The notes under the pieces were generated by a model. That model searched no databases, was not told where the DNA came from, and was given only the letters and a program-made list of their open reading frames with translations. Source: Carcharhinus amblyrhynchos (taxonomy: Eukaryota). From it: a stretch of 64,000 nucleotides of DNA. Position numbers and translations under genes: made by a program. Numbering within the stretch: the stretch's first letter is position 1; every line of letters starts with the position of its first letter. The stretch is taken from the NCBI GenBank assembly GCA_965287045.1, contig OZ336884.1:56482001-56546000 (forward strand), given 5' to 3'. Below, piece after piece: positions 25,500-37,618 of the stretch.

Positions 25500-27632
25500 G
25501 TACAAAAGAAGTTTAATGAAATAATTTTGTTCACATTTGAAAAGCATTAGAAATGATTAAAGGGGTCTCACTTCAGACACACAATCCAACTTGCTCAATA
25601 ATGGTCTTCACTCAGACATGATTGTAATGAAATGCCCACTGGAAGAGTGATTAGATTGTATACATTAGGCACAAGATTGTGCGTAGCATTGAATTGAAAG
25701 ACAGCTTCATACTTCTTTATTTAATCAATGAAGACACCTAAGTCTGGAAATAAGCGTTGTCAATGGTAACTGATGAATGCTTAATCAACATTTCTTTATC
25801 TGCTATTTCAGTGGAATTTTAAATAAGCATTCTCAATCCTGAATTACAATGTCAGACAAAAGAATTTCATACAAACATTGGCAACTTTCCAGGCTTTGTT
25901 TTCTTTCAGCTTAACATGTACAAAACTTCTCTAGATTAATGGGAAAAATAAAATTTGCCAAGAAGCTCACGTAGCAAGAATAAATCTTTGAACCTCCTGC
26001 ATTCTCTGCACAAGGCTAAGAGAGGTATTGTTTACAGGAATGCAGAATTTTCTGAAATGGAAAACTAATTTTGTTGTTTTAAAATTTTACCAAGTGTTGT
26101 ATCACTTAACAAGATCTGGGTGACAGGGTTAGGGTTTCTGAGGAGGGGTGCAGTTGTGAGTAGGAGGAATAGTAATGAAGATAGCAGCAGCCATTGAGGT
26201 GATCTTTCTGAGAGAAAGAAAACAGATTGTTTCCACTGAGTCTATTAAAATAGGAAGAGTAACAGGAACAGTCAAGTTGGGAAACAAAGGAGAGATAAAC
26301 AGCAACAGGCTGAAAACAGGCAAAGAGGCTGTGAATTTCAATTCCTGACATATTTCAATTGACTTAAAGTTTCAGACATACTGGTATAGCCAGAAAGGTT
26401 GAAATAAATGAGAAAATTTTAACTCCCAAGAATGGGTGGTTTTGGGGCAGGTTTTCTTATTTTAAAGGATTGTCCTATGTTTGAGGCCTACATACTTTGT
26501 CCTGGGTTGAAAGCTTTTGGGTTTGTCCCCATTATTCAGCCCTTTAAATCTTGCTGGCTTGGTGCTGGGTAGGGTATTCAAAACTATTAAAAATTTCAAA
26601 TCCAGCCTAACCCACCTTGAAACAATTCATTTCTAAATTTAATGGGGAGTGGGGGAGGGTCATGATGGGGAGCAGTCAATCAAACCACGCCGATCCTTTA
26701 AATAATTTGATGAGGTTGTGTACTTCAGAACCTATCATTGATCCTGCTTTAATTCTAACCGGCTGACACTCCGGGCCTTGGGAAACCTAGCAGATGAATG
26801 TCAGTGAGGACGTATGTGTGAGGAGATGGTAAAGTTAAGCTGAGATCCCATTTGCCTCATTCAGTTTCTTAGTTGGGTGAAATGTTTGAAAAGCGAGGAG
26901 TCATTCTGTTGATGAACCAATATCCAATATCACTAAAAGGGATATGTTAATTAGTTCTTTATCTCATGGCAATTTTTGAGTGAAAGCAGCAGATGAAAAA
27001 TGGCTGCTACATTTAAAACCAGTCAAAGATTCTTCTAAAGTACTATAGACATGTTGACATAAAATGAGTTATAAACACAACTTTTTTCTATATTCATTGG
27101 GTTGCTAAATTTCAGTTGTATAAAGGTTTGATTAAAACATGCAATAATAAACACTTCCATATATTGTTTGACTGTGGCAAATGGGTTAATCAATCTATAA
27201 TGTGGTCAAATCAATTTTTGGATAGATATATTGAATTTTACTGTACTTATTTTACAGTACTTAAGTCACTTAGCAAGTTTTTATGCTCCATAGAATTTGT
27301 ATTGGCTGAAAAGTTGGTATTTACTGTGGTTACAGCATGCATTGACACTGACTCCTTGCTAATTAAGAACAACAAAGATCATTGGTCACATATGTCACAG
27401 TTGATTTGGCAAATATTTGCATCTCATCATAAAAATATTAGTAGAGAGGAAGTTTCCTGGTTCTAAATATGAAATACTACAAAATTGACCCCTTTTGGGT
27501 AATAACTTTCTAATTGCATTGTTGGGAGTTGTTTGTCAGTAACTTTAACAGATGCGACCATGCTAGATTAGAAAATAACATATTTCATGAATTAATGAAA
27601 CCTCTGATTTTCTACCAATATTCAATTTGCAG

Positions 27633-27826
27633 ATGACCCCAGATTGTGTTCTATATCCAATCCAGATTTTGTTGTATATTCATCCATCGTGTCCTTCTAC
27701 TTGCCTTTTTTTGTTACATTGTTGGTTTATGTACGTATTTACGTCGTACTTAAAAAGAGAAGGAAACGCATCACTTCTAGGCAAAACAGCGTTACCATGG
27801 CTCCAGAGAGTGCAATGCAGACCCAG
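27633..27826 (+). CDS. DRD3: Dopamine D3 receptor, coding exon 4 (ECL2, TM5, start of ICL3)
   Basis: [53 protein letters not shown]...MQTQ|[14 protein letters not shown] is D3-type; the TM5 serines are intact. Confidence 0.95.
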
Positions 27827-30800
27827 GTAATTCAGATGAAAAGAGCTTGTAATTTAAATGCGGATTTTATTCTTTGCATTCTTTAACATCTGAGGCATAA
27901 CATGGGCACTCAACATTTTGTCAATGATTATGGAGGGACATAGAACTCCACTGGGGTTGTTTCTCAAACCCCAGCTGAAGAAGCTGCACTGTAAGGAATG
28001 TCAAACCGAGACATATCTTTGCAACTAATTGGCAATGGCTAAGGGTGATTGTCCTCACTGGATTTGGATCAGCAGCAATGTACTGCTGTAACATCCACTG
28101 TAAGGATTCTATTGCTGCCATATACCATAGGGCTAGCACCCAGAATGACCGTATCAACGAGCTGTGGCTGCAAGCCTCCTCCATCTCCACGTAGGCAGCC
28201 GGAATTGAATTTATGGAAATGCTGCAATGAAATGGTAAACACCACTCAACATTAACAGCCATCAAATAGGGGCATCTGGTCTGGATTAGACAATCACTTA
28301 CACATAGGCCTTTTTTTCCTTTGATATTAGTCTCTTACTTTTCAAACTACTGCCTCCTTCATGCAAGATAATGGGCTAAACTACTTTTTAAACTTTTCAG
28401 AAGTCTTTTCCAATTGCTTATCAACCAATTGAGATATTCCCTTTAATTGCCACCGTCCTTTTAAAGTTTACTGACAAATATATTAATGGTCACATCAATA
28501 GTATGCTTTCTACACTTGCCTAAATTTCACCTGGATCTATAGGTAATTATGCAAATATACTAACCCAAGAAATTTGAGTTAATATACTATCATTTTGGCA
28601 GGGTTATCTATAGTTTTTAACCATTTAGATGACGTTAGTCTCCAGCAACCATTGCAGCAATGAAAGCCCCCTTTATAGCTAAGGGGCATAAAGGTTAAAA
28701 TTATAGCTTGTTAATGTGACATTGATAATGAAGATCTAAGTGTGCATTCTACAGATTGCCTTCTGTGTTCTTGTAAAGACGAGAGAGGGTGTGAGAACAG
28801 TAATCAGCAATGTAAATTAAGCTCAAAGTAATTGGTAATACGTCTATGGATAGACTGGCTTTGACTGCAGATATACAGAAATATTACAATGGTTACTTAA
28901 GATGGAAAATTCAAAAAGGCAGATCAATACTGAGTGTGAAGAATGAGTTGTGATCACAGATAAACAATACATAAATAGATCAAACAGCTTCAAAATTATT
29001 TACGCAGGTAATCTAATAACACCGGAAGGCTAAGAAACAAATTGCGCAAAGGATATTAACTGCAAAAAGATATTTAATAATAGTTTCTTTCCGACCATAA
29101 AATTAAGCTAGTGATAATAATTGAATAATAACTTCCCTGTGGCTAGCCAACACATTTTATGAGCGTATAAGTTGGACTTTTGAAGTGTCATAAAAACAAG
29201 ACATTTATGTGATGATGCTGTAGACACATGCTAAAAATTAGTTGGACCAGAAAGTGGCTGAGTCCTTGATTTATGCAAGAATGAAGTGATGAGACTGAAG
29301 ATTAGTGAATTAGCAGAGTGCGGACAATTTGCAAAATAAAGCTTTTGAGATTACTACTGTCTAAAAAAAAATTTGTTCATGGACTTAAAGACTTAATACA
29401 TTTCAGAAATGACTCCTAAATTCACCCTGAACTGCAATGACCACTTCTTTTCAGTTTTTTTTCAATAATCACTTCTTTTGTTGTGAGTTAAGGAAGAAAT
29501 ATTTCCCAAGAAACCAGATCAACCCTCAAATCTTTGGAAACTCATAATAACTCAAAAATTATTTATGTGTTTATGATTTCAGGGAATCATAATATCCACC
29601 ACTTACATAAGAAGATATAGATAGTCTTTTAATGAAAAAATTTTCATTGAAGAATGTGGCCTCTAACAATGCAGTGCTATTACATAGTACGTGGGAGTAT
29701 GATCCTCATTTCTGTACTCACATCCCAAACCAGAATTTAAACCCAAAACCTTTTAGCTACTAATAAAGTCAGATTGATGCGACCGTAGAGAAATAGGCAA
29801 GTGATGTAAATGATATGCTTGAACAGTCAGTTGTAAGTTTGGAATAGAAAATTATGAATTACACAAGATGCCAACTGCCAAAATCCAGGAACTGTGAGGG
29901 AGAGAGAGACAGGCCGGGAGAAAGAGCAGGAGAGAACCAGTATAACTTGGGAAGCAAGAAAATGCAGCTAACGAATATATAAAGGTCAACTGGGTTCACT
30001 GAGGAAGGCTATAATCCAGTTGGATTTTCAGTTGACATTTGAGATGATCCCATGTGGGGTTTCCAGCAATGATTCAGACTCACAGAATTCATGGCAAATA
30101 GAAGTCTTTTCAAGATATTCTATTGAAGGGAAGTCTCCAGGAAATTACCTCTTGTAACCTTAGCTCCATAATAATGGTTAATCCAAAGTATCTGGAACAT
30201 TGTAAATCTGTAAAGTTCAAGTGAAAACCAACAACTAAAAGATTCAACTCATTTTGTAAAGGCTATAGAATGTTGTACACATCCTTGCAATACAACTTCT
30301 GAATCACTAGCTTCACACAAGTTGATCTTTCTCTTTGCACCATGCCCAAAGTTACATAAAAGTTATATTGGTCCAAATTCTCAGAGGGGAATTGACACCC
30401 CTGTAAATGGTCTTGTTCGACATGTTGCAGTGCTTAACCATTGAAAAGGTTATAAAATCACCATTGGAAACAATAATATCATTGTATTTGACTCTACAAA
30501 CTTTCTATACTTAGTTTTTAGATCACTGGGTTCATTCTCAAACAGGTTTTTTTTTTCTCAAAGCCTTAGCAATTTGTCAATGCCACCCACCTTAAGCACA
30601 GTATGACACTTTTATTTTTACTGTACAATGTTCAGAGAGGAAGTGTTGTCAAGTCAAGGCTGTTGTTGCTTTTGTACTGAGTCCACATACATCACTGGGA
30701 ATGAGAACTGAACAAAGTTCCTGAACCAGAAAACAGAACAGACTTTGAAACACTCTGTAGATCAGGCAGCGTATGTAAGAATACAGGCAAGTTAATACTT

Positions 30801-31136
30801 CAGTTGAAAAATATTGAAGCAACAGCATCACCCATAACAAATAACACACTTGCTTTCTGAAGTCCATGTAAATTATCTCGTGAAACTATTTTGGTGGAGA
30901 TCAGGCAAATTATCCCTAGTGTCCTGGCCAATATTTATCCCTCAGCCAACTTCATAAAAGCGGATTATCCGGTCATTAGTACATTGCTGATTATAAGAGG
31001 TTGCAAATTGGCTGCCGTGTCTCCTGCATTACAACAGTCAGTACACTTTAGAAGTAATTAATTAGCTGCCAAGCACTTTAATGCAGTCAAGCCTTTTTGG
31101 TCAAATGCTTCACCTGAAAAATCAATTACTCATTTT

Positions 31137-31770
31137 AGAATGACAAAACCTTTGTGGCGCAGAAGGAGGCCATTCAGCCCATCAAGACTGCACGAGCTTT
31201 CTGAAAGAGCATTCTACCTAATCCCACACCCCTGCCTTATCACCATGATTTTGCACATACTTTCAAATAGCATTTCAATTCCTCTATGAATATTTTGATT
31301 GAACCTGCCACCACCATCCTCTCAGGAAGTTTGTTTTGGACTCCAACCACTGTCTGGGTGAAAAACTTTTTCCTTACATCCCCCTTGGTTTTGATGTACT
31401 CTGATGTACAGTAAACATATCTCTCAGGATCTAGAATATCTCTTAAAGTCTCTTCTCAGTCTCCCAGCTTCTTTTCTCCAAGGAAAACTATCCTTATAGC
31501 TATAGTTATTTATCCCTGGAATCATTCTTGTAAATCTCCTCTGTACTCTCTCCAATTTTTTCACACACTTCCTCAAGTATGACACCCAGAACTGGGTGCA
31601 ATACTCCAACTGAAGCCCAACTAGTGTCTTATACAAGTTCAGCATGACCTCCTACCCTTGTACTCAATGTCTCTATTAATAAAACCTAGGCTACTATATG
31701 CTTTATTAATCACTCTATCAATATGCCCTGCCACCTTCAATGAATGTTGTACATATACATTGAGAACCTT
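31137..31770 (-). mobile_element. CR1 3' fragment
   Basis: MLNLYKTLVGLQLEYCTQFW...LERVQRRFTRMIPG; tail ggccattcagcccatc. Confidence 0.85.
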
Positions 31771-31963
31771 TTGCTATTTTTACAGATTTATAATTTATAA
31801 TTTTCATTTATAAACATAAATTTATAATTTACAAATTACATATTTATTTCCACAGATTACCTGTTGACTTTTTCCAGCAGTTATAATGTTTTACTGTTAG
31901 TTGACAAATATTTTGAATTATTGTTATTATATATATTTTCTAACATTGAGTTCTTATGATTAG

Positions 31964-32285
31964 GAAAAGGTAGAAAATTTTCCCAGAAGCTTATATTCGT
32001 TCACTTGTTTGAAGTTTAACAAACAGAAAGAACTTTCTCCAAGTAACAAACTGCTGGCACCAGTTGAAATAGCAAATTACTGCAGTATGAACCATGCGAC
32101 ATTTGCTAAAACGGACAATGGGATTGAAGAGTCAGAGAGAAGGAGCATCTGTACAACAAAACATGCTTCTGAAGTGAAAAAACTCTCCAGCGGCAAAACC
32201 ACAACTTCCCTAAGACCCGTGTTAAAACGCAGCAACCTGCAAATGAGAGAAAGGAAAGCAACTCGGATGTTGGTCATTGTTCTGG
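31964..32285 (+). CDS. DRD3: Dopamine D3 receptor, coding exon 5 (ICL3 to TM6)
   Basis: CTAAC branch site at 31940, TAG acceptor at 31961-63. EKVENFPR...LSPSNKLL...EVKKLSSGKTTTSLR...RERKATRMLVIVLG|GTAAGT. The 5' boundary is less certain because of an alternative in-frame acceptor at 32026. Confidence 0.88.
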
Positions 32286-33424
32286 GTAAGTATCAAGTCA
32301 TTTGCTTCCCATCTTAGAAAGTTATATAAATTTTAAATATGTGACGACATAATAATTTGAAAACCCTTTAGAGCTTGTATTCTGTATCCTAGATCTAAAC
32401 TCCAGACTGGACCTCACTCGCTCCCTCTTTTGAATAGAGTTGGCAACCTTTCATAGTTGTCACAAAGTCTCCAGGAATTCACAATTAATCTCCCGGTCTA
32501 TGCTCCAAGCCGCCCAGGGGAAAAATCTAGGAGTTTTTGTATTCCACTTCTTTCGAATATTTCGTTATTGATTGTTTAAATGTTAGGAATAGACAAAAAA
32601 AAAGGCTGTTTGACAGGGTGATTGGAGTCAGGAAGATGTGATAAAGTCTGTATGAATATGTCCAGCTAGAGTTGGCAGCCTAACTCCTGAAGGCACTAAC
32701 ACCACCTATGGTGTGTATCCACAAATGTTCCATTCTATCCAAGCATCCATATTTCACGCTTCAACTGAGACAATAATTGTTCGCAAGCTGTTCTACAGAA
32801 TTCCATGTAATTTCCCACAGGATCCACTGGATAACAAACAAGAATGGAAACCTTAGATGATTTTATTCACAGAAGCTTGAGGATGATGAGGCCAATTGTA
32901 GTACACTTCTTCTTTCCATGCAGGGATCAGTATTTAGTACTTGTTTAACTCAGAACTTGCCTTCACCAAATAAGCCATCAAGATGGAGACTGAAGCCTGG
33001 GTTCTCACTTTTTTTTCAAATATATCTTCACACCCACACTGTGTGAAGACCCTTTGGGGAATAGTGGGGGAAGTGATGAAAGAATTCCCAAGCTGATTAT
33101 TAACTCATTGAACACTCCTTCTGAGGCCAACAGGTCCTGACATTCGGCTCAAACTCTGAGCTTCTGGTCCTGCTGCAGGATCTCACTGAAGATTGAGAGC
33201 AGTGAGCCTGAGTGAGACTGAACAAAAGGATATAGTTACATTGCCACAATTATATCAGTATGGCGTGCTTCAAAAGGAAAATATCAATGTTCTTGGAAGT
33301 TGGTTTTGTTATCGGATTCCAGGGTGCATTAAAATAAGAGATGTGAGACCACTTCGCATTGATAGTAATAGCTCTATTTATATTACGTATAGTTCCAATA
33401 TTCACACATAATTCAATAAGATTT

Positions 33425-34553
33425 GGGTGGAATTTTATGAGAATGATTCTAAGTGTCCAGCTAGTGTGAAAATGGGAGAGTTCCTGATCCATTTTTTGGG
33501 TGAGTTTTCACGCTCAATCTTACGTGACTAAATAATGACTAAATAGTCATTAAAAAAAGGTGTAGACTGTTTCTAGCTGCTGCAGGAAGGAGGGCTGGAT
33601 TTTAGTCGCCAACCAGTCTGTAGAGGGGACTATTGCACTGTGCAAACCTCTGATGCTACGCATGCGCAATTTCAGCAGCAGGGGTCTGACATAGAGAGAG
33701 CGGTCAGGCTTCTGCTGCTGGAGCCAGCCTCAACCAGTTCCCCTCCATCCATCCCACACCCGCAAATCCTGGGGCGCACAGCCTATCACAAGCCCCAAAA
33801 TGCATGGTCATCTACCACCCCCCACCCCCATCCAGACTGAATGTGTCCCCCCCAGTCCGATTCTCTTGCAGAATGGGTTGGATCCCTCCCTGATCCAATC
33901 ACACACAGAGTGCACAAGGACCCCTCCCCCAACCTTTACTTCCCCACCCGTCCGATTACAGGCAGAACGGCAGGTTTCTTGAACTGAACAAGTCCCATTT
34001 GCCTCTAAACCTTTCCTATCCATGTACCTGTCCAAATGTCTTTTAAGTGTTGTAATTGTCCCCGCCTCTACCACCTGCTCTGGCTGCTCAATCGAACAGA
34101 GCAGGCAAATACTTAGGTGTCATCCCCGGCACTATCCACTGGGCAGTGCCAAACTGCCCACTGGGCAGTGCCCAGGTGCCAAGCTGGCAATTCCAAGGTG
34201 CCAGGTACTCCCGCTTGCAATCGGCCTCCCCAGGGGGCCTCAATCACCTCCAGTTCCACTGGCGAGGCAAACACGTGTTTTTCTCATCAGAAAGAACCTC
34301 TCCCGACGAGGCTATGTAGGCAAGCGAGCCCGGACAATTGAGCTCACTAAATAAGTGTAAATTCAAATTTAAATATAATTTGAATAAATTATTCAGCCTA
34401 TTTCCAGCAAGAGGCTGAACTTGCTGGAAATCTGGCTCTTGCAAAATCATGAGAGCCGAGAAATTGGGCACAATCCTGATACGTGGCTCTTGCGCGATAT
34501 TACCAGCTTGCTCTGCCCATCGATGGTCCATGCAAGCTGGTAAAATTCCATCC
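33425..34553. mobile_element. 1.1-kb non-autonomous Harbinger-type DNA transposon
   Basis: TIRs gggtggaatttta / taaaattccatcc (12/13 match), TTT on both sides, subterminal hairpin ttaccagcttgc...gcaagctggtaa, GC-rich interior. Confidence 0.65.
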
Positions 34554-35499
34554 TTTAGTTTGGAAATTTGTATTTCTAATTTTGATGCAGAACAAATGGC
34601 AGGAAGTCTCCGTGACAGATTTATTGATAAAGGATGACAAAGATTTATTTGTGGGATTAATGTAACTCAGAAGCACAGATGTATTGATTTATGTATGCAT
34701 TTGATTATTCATTTAAAAAAAATTGTTCATGAACAACACCAAGAGAAAATGACTTGTAATTTTAGGAACGTTAGAATGGGCTCAGCTCCATTTTGCTGAA
34801 ACAATTATGTGAGTTAATAACATACACTGAGTGAAGCTGTTATTAGGAAAACCCTCACAGGAATCTTTTATTTATTCTTGAGGTAACCAAAAATAGTGCA
34901 AGTAAAATAAAATTATTCTGACCATGTTAGCTATTCCTTCCAGAATTATTCATCAGTTCCTCATTACAGGGTTGTTTTGTTATTTAATTTCACAGAATCA
35001 TAGAACCGCTACAGCGTAGAAGGAGGCCATTCAGCCCATCAAGTCGGCACTGACAACTATTTTACCCAGGCCCTATCCCCATAACCCCACATATTTACTG
35101 CACTAATCCCTCCAATCTATGCATTCCAGGACATTAAGGGGCAATTTAGCATGGCCAATCAACTAACTCACACATCTTTGGACTATGGGAGGAAACTGGA
35201 GAACCCAGAGGAAACCCACGCAGACACCGGGAGAATGTACAACTCCATACAGACAGTGATCCAAGCTGGGAATTGAACCCAGGTCCTTGGTGCTGTGAGG
35301 CAGCAGTGTTAACCACTGTGCTACCATGCCACCCATTAAGTGTTTGCCTGCACTGTTCAATTGAGCAGCCAGAGCAGGTGGTAGAGGCGGGGACAATTAC
35401 AACACTTAAAAGACATTTGGACAGGTACATGGATAGGAAAGGTTTAGAGGGAGATGACCAAATGCAGGCAAATGGGACTAGTTCAGTTCAAGAAACCTG
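33971..35499. repeat. Inverted duplication: 33971-34115 is the reverse complement of 35337-35499
   Basis: Near-identical apart from a few substitutions and an 18-nt deletion; spans a CR1/unique-flank junction. Confidence 0.9.
34991..35334 (-). mobile_element. HE1/V-SINE
   Basis: Full head, V-domain and tail. Confidence 0.9.
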
Positions 35500-35726
35500 G
35501 TCAGCATGAATGAGTTGGGCCAAAGAACCTGTTTCCATGCTATATAACATTATGATTCAATGCTCTGTGCAGAAGTCCAGTCCATCTTTTTAACCTGTAT
35601 GGCACCGGCATTTTATTAACTGAACAGTAGATGGGCACTGTCATTGGGATATACATTATATCACTTACATCTCTCTTATAACGTTTGGAACATTCTGGAA
35701 GACCTGGAAATAAAGTAATTTGTTTA

Positions 35727-36702
35727 GGGTCGCATGGCAGGACAGTAGTTAGCACTGCTGCCTCACAATATTAGGGACTCGGGTTCAAGTCTGGCCGTGG
35801 GTGACTGTCTGTGTGAGTTTGCACATTCTCCCCTTGTCTGGGTTTCCTCCTGGTACTCCAGTTTCTTCCCATAGTCCAAAAATGTGCGGGCTAGGTTGAT
35901 TGGCCATGTTAAATTAACCCTAGTATAGATAGTTGGTGCTGGGGCCTCCAGGGAAGACGGTAAGAAAATAGGCAGATAGGGGGGAGCTCCTCCATTGCCC
36001 TGATTGCACAGCTGGGCTGAGTTAAAATTAGCTGAAGATTATTACAATGTTGACCCAACTACAGTTTTATAATTAACACCTTCACTCAGTGGGATTTTTC
36101 TTGCCAGCTAATTAAAAACATCCCATTTATAAATCCGTCAACATTTAGAGCTTCACAGCAACTTCGGAGGGTAAATATGAAGGGTTATGGGAATAGGGCC
36201 TGAGTGGGATTGTGGTTAAACAAAGAACAAAGAACAAAGAACAACCCAGCACGGGAAACAGGCCCTTCGGCCCAACGAGCCCGTGCCGCCGCATCACCCT
36301 ACACCTATTCTACCCTGCATGTCTACGAATGGAACCCTACTCAGTCAGATTCAGGGAAGAAATAGTGTCAATTTGGTAAAAACCGATTAGCCTAAGAACA
36401 CATCTTTGGGGTGTGGGAGGAAACCGGAGCGCCCGGAGGAAACCCACGCAACCACAGGGAGAATGCGCAAACTCCCACAGACACAGACCCAAATCCATGT
36501 TCTGCACAGCTAGCAGTGCTAGTCACTGAGCTGTTGCGGCGCCCATCTACCGGTCCAGGATCAAGCACACACACCGACATGAAGTACTAGGCCACTCCCG
36601 GAACTTCCAAGAGCAGCCCACGCACGACCCGCCGTGTGCATGCCCCTCGTTGGTGCAGACTCGATGGGCCAAATGGCCTCCTTCTGCAATGTAGGAATTC
36701 TA
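35727..36702 (+). mobile_element. HE1/V-SINE interrupted twice (at about 35927-36166 and 36218-36651)
   Basis: Head and V-domain at 35727-35924, resumes at 36167-36217, tail at 36652-36702. Confidence 0.85.
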
Positions 36703-37389
36703 CCACTGAAAAACAAGCAGTTATTGGAATGTAACAGAATGAGTCAGCTTTTGTATGAAAAACTTCCAGCTATTGGCTCAAAATATACTTTTTATTAAAT
36801 CGACTTTAGTTTGAAGAAGGGTTCTGGAACTTATTACCATTTACCACCTTATACTTCATCATGCCATTTTCAGAAGTGAAAGGTTCAAGTTTTCTGTTCA
36901 CACTTTCTTCATGATTCCACTAAGGACCAGACGTGTTTGATTCTCAGAACTGCTTATTGTCTTTCAATGTCTTCTGTGGGTCTGAAGGTGTGATCTGCCC
37001 AGAGCACCATGCAGTTCCAGTATGACTACTTCCCTGACTTGGACTGCAATGTTTTGTTTACATTGATCAGCATTTCATTTGTTGCTCCACAGTAATTGGA
37101 CAGATTGAGCTCCCAATAATAATGGTAATTATTTCTGATAGTTTCTTTTGAAAGTCACTGTGAGACTCTAAATGTTGACGGATTTATAAATGGGATGCTT
37201 TTGTTTAGCTGGCAAGAAAAATCTCACTGAGTGAAGGTGTTAATTATAAAACTGTAGTTGGGTCAACATTGTAATGATCTTCAGCTAATTTTAACTCAGC
37301 CCAGCTGTGCAATCAGGGCAATGGAGGAGCTCCCCACTAGCTGCCTATTTTCTTACCGTCTTCCCCGGAAGCCCCAGCACCCACTATCT
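35927..37389. repeat. Inverted duplication: about 35927-36160 is the reverse complement of about 37155-37389
   Basis: About 235 bp of non-repeat-looking sequence, more than 90% identical by eye. Confidence 0.92.
36218..36651 (-). mobile_element. 5'-truncated copy of the CR1/V-SINE chimeric 3' UTR
   Basis: Direct copy of 37619-38049 (about 25 differences), own (GTTCTTT)n tail, GTT at both junctions. Confidence 0.88.
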
Positions 37390-37618
37390 TTTTGCTGGAT
37401 GGGAATTGTGCCAGCCAGAATCAGCTAGGTACTCCTGACATCGGACCATTCAGGTGCACAGCTCACCAGCGGCACATATTAAGGCCTGGCTCATTGTCTT
37501 GACCAGGCCCCTCCCCCGTACTGGTAGACAAAGGCAGCCAGCCAAGCTGAGAGATAAAACCTCATCCACCTGTATCTATCATAATACAACTGGAGCTCTT
37601 GATTGTCACTGCAATAAT

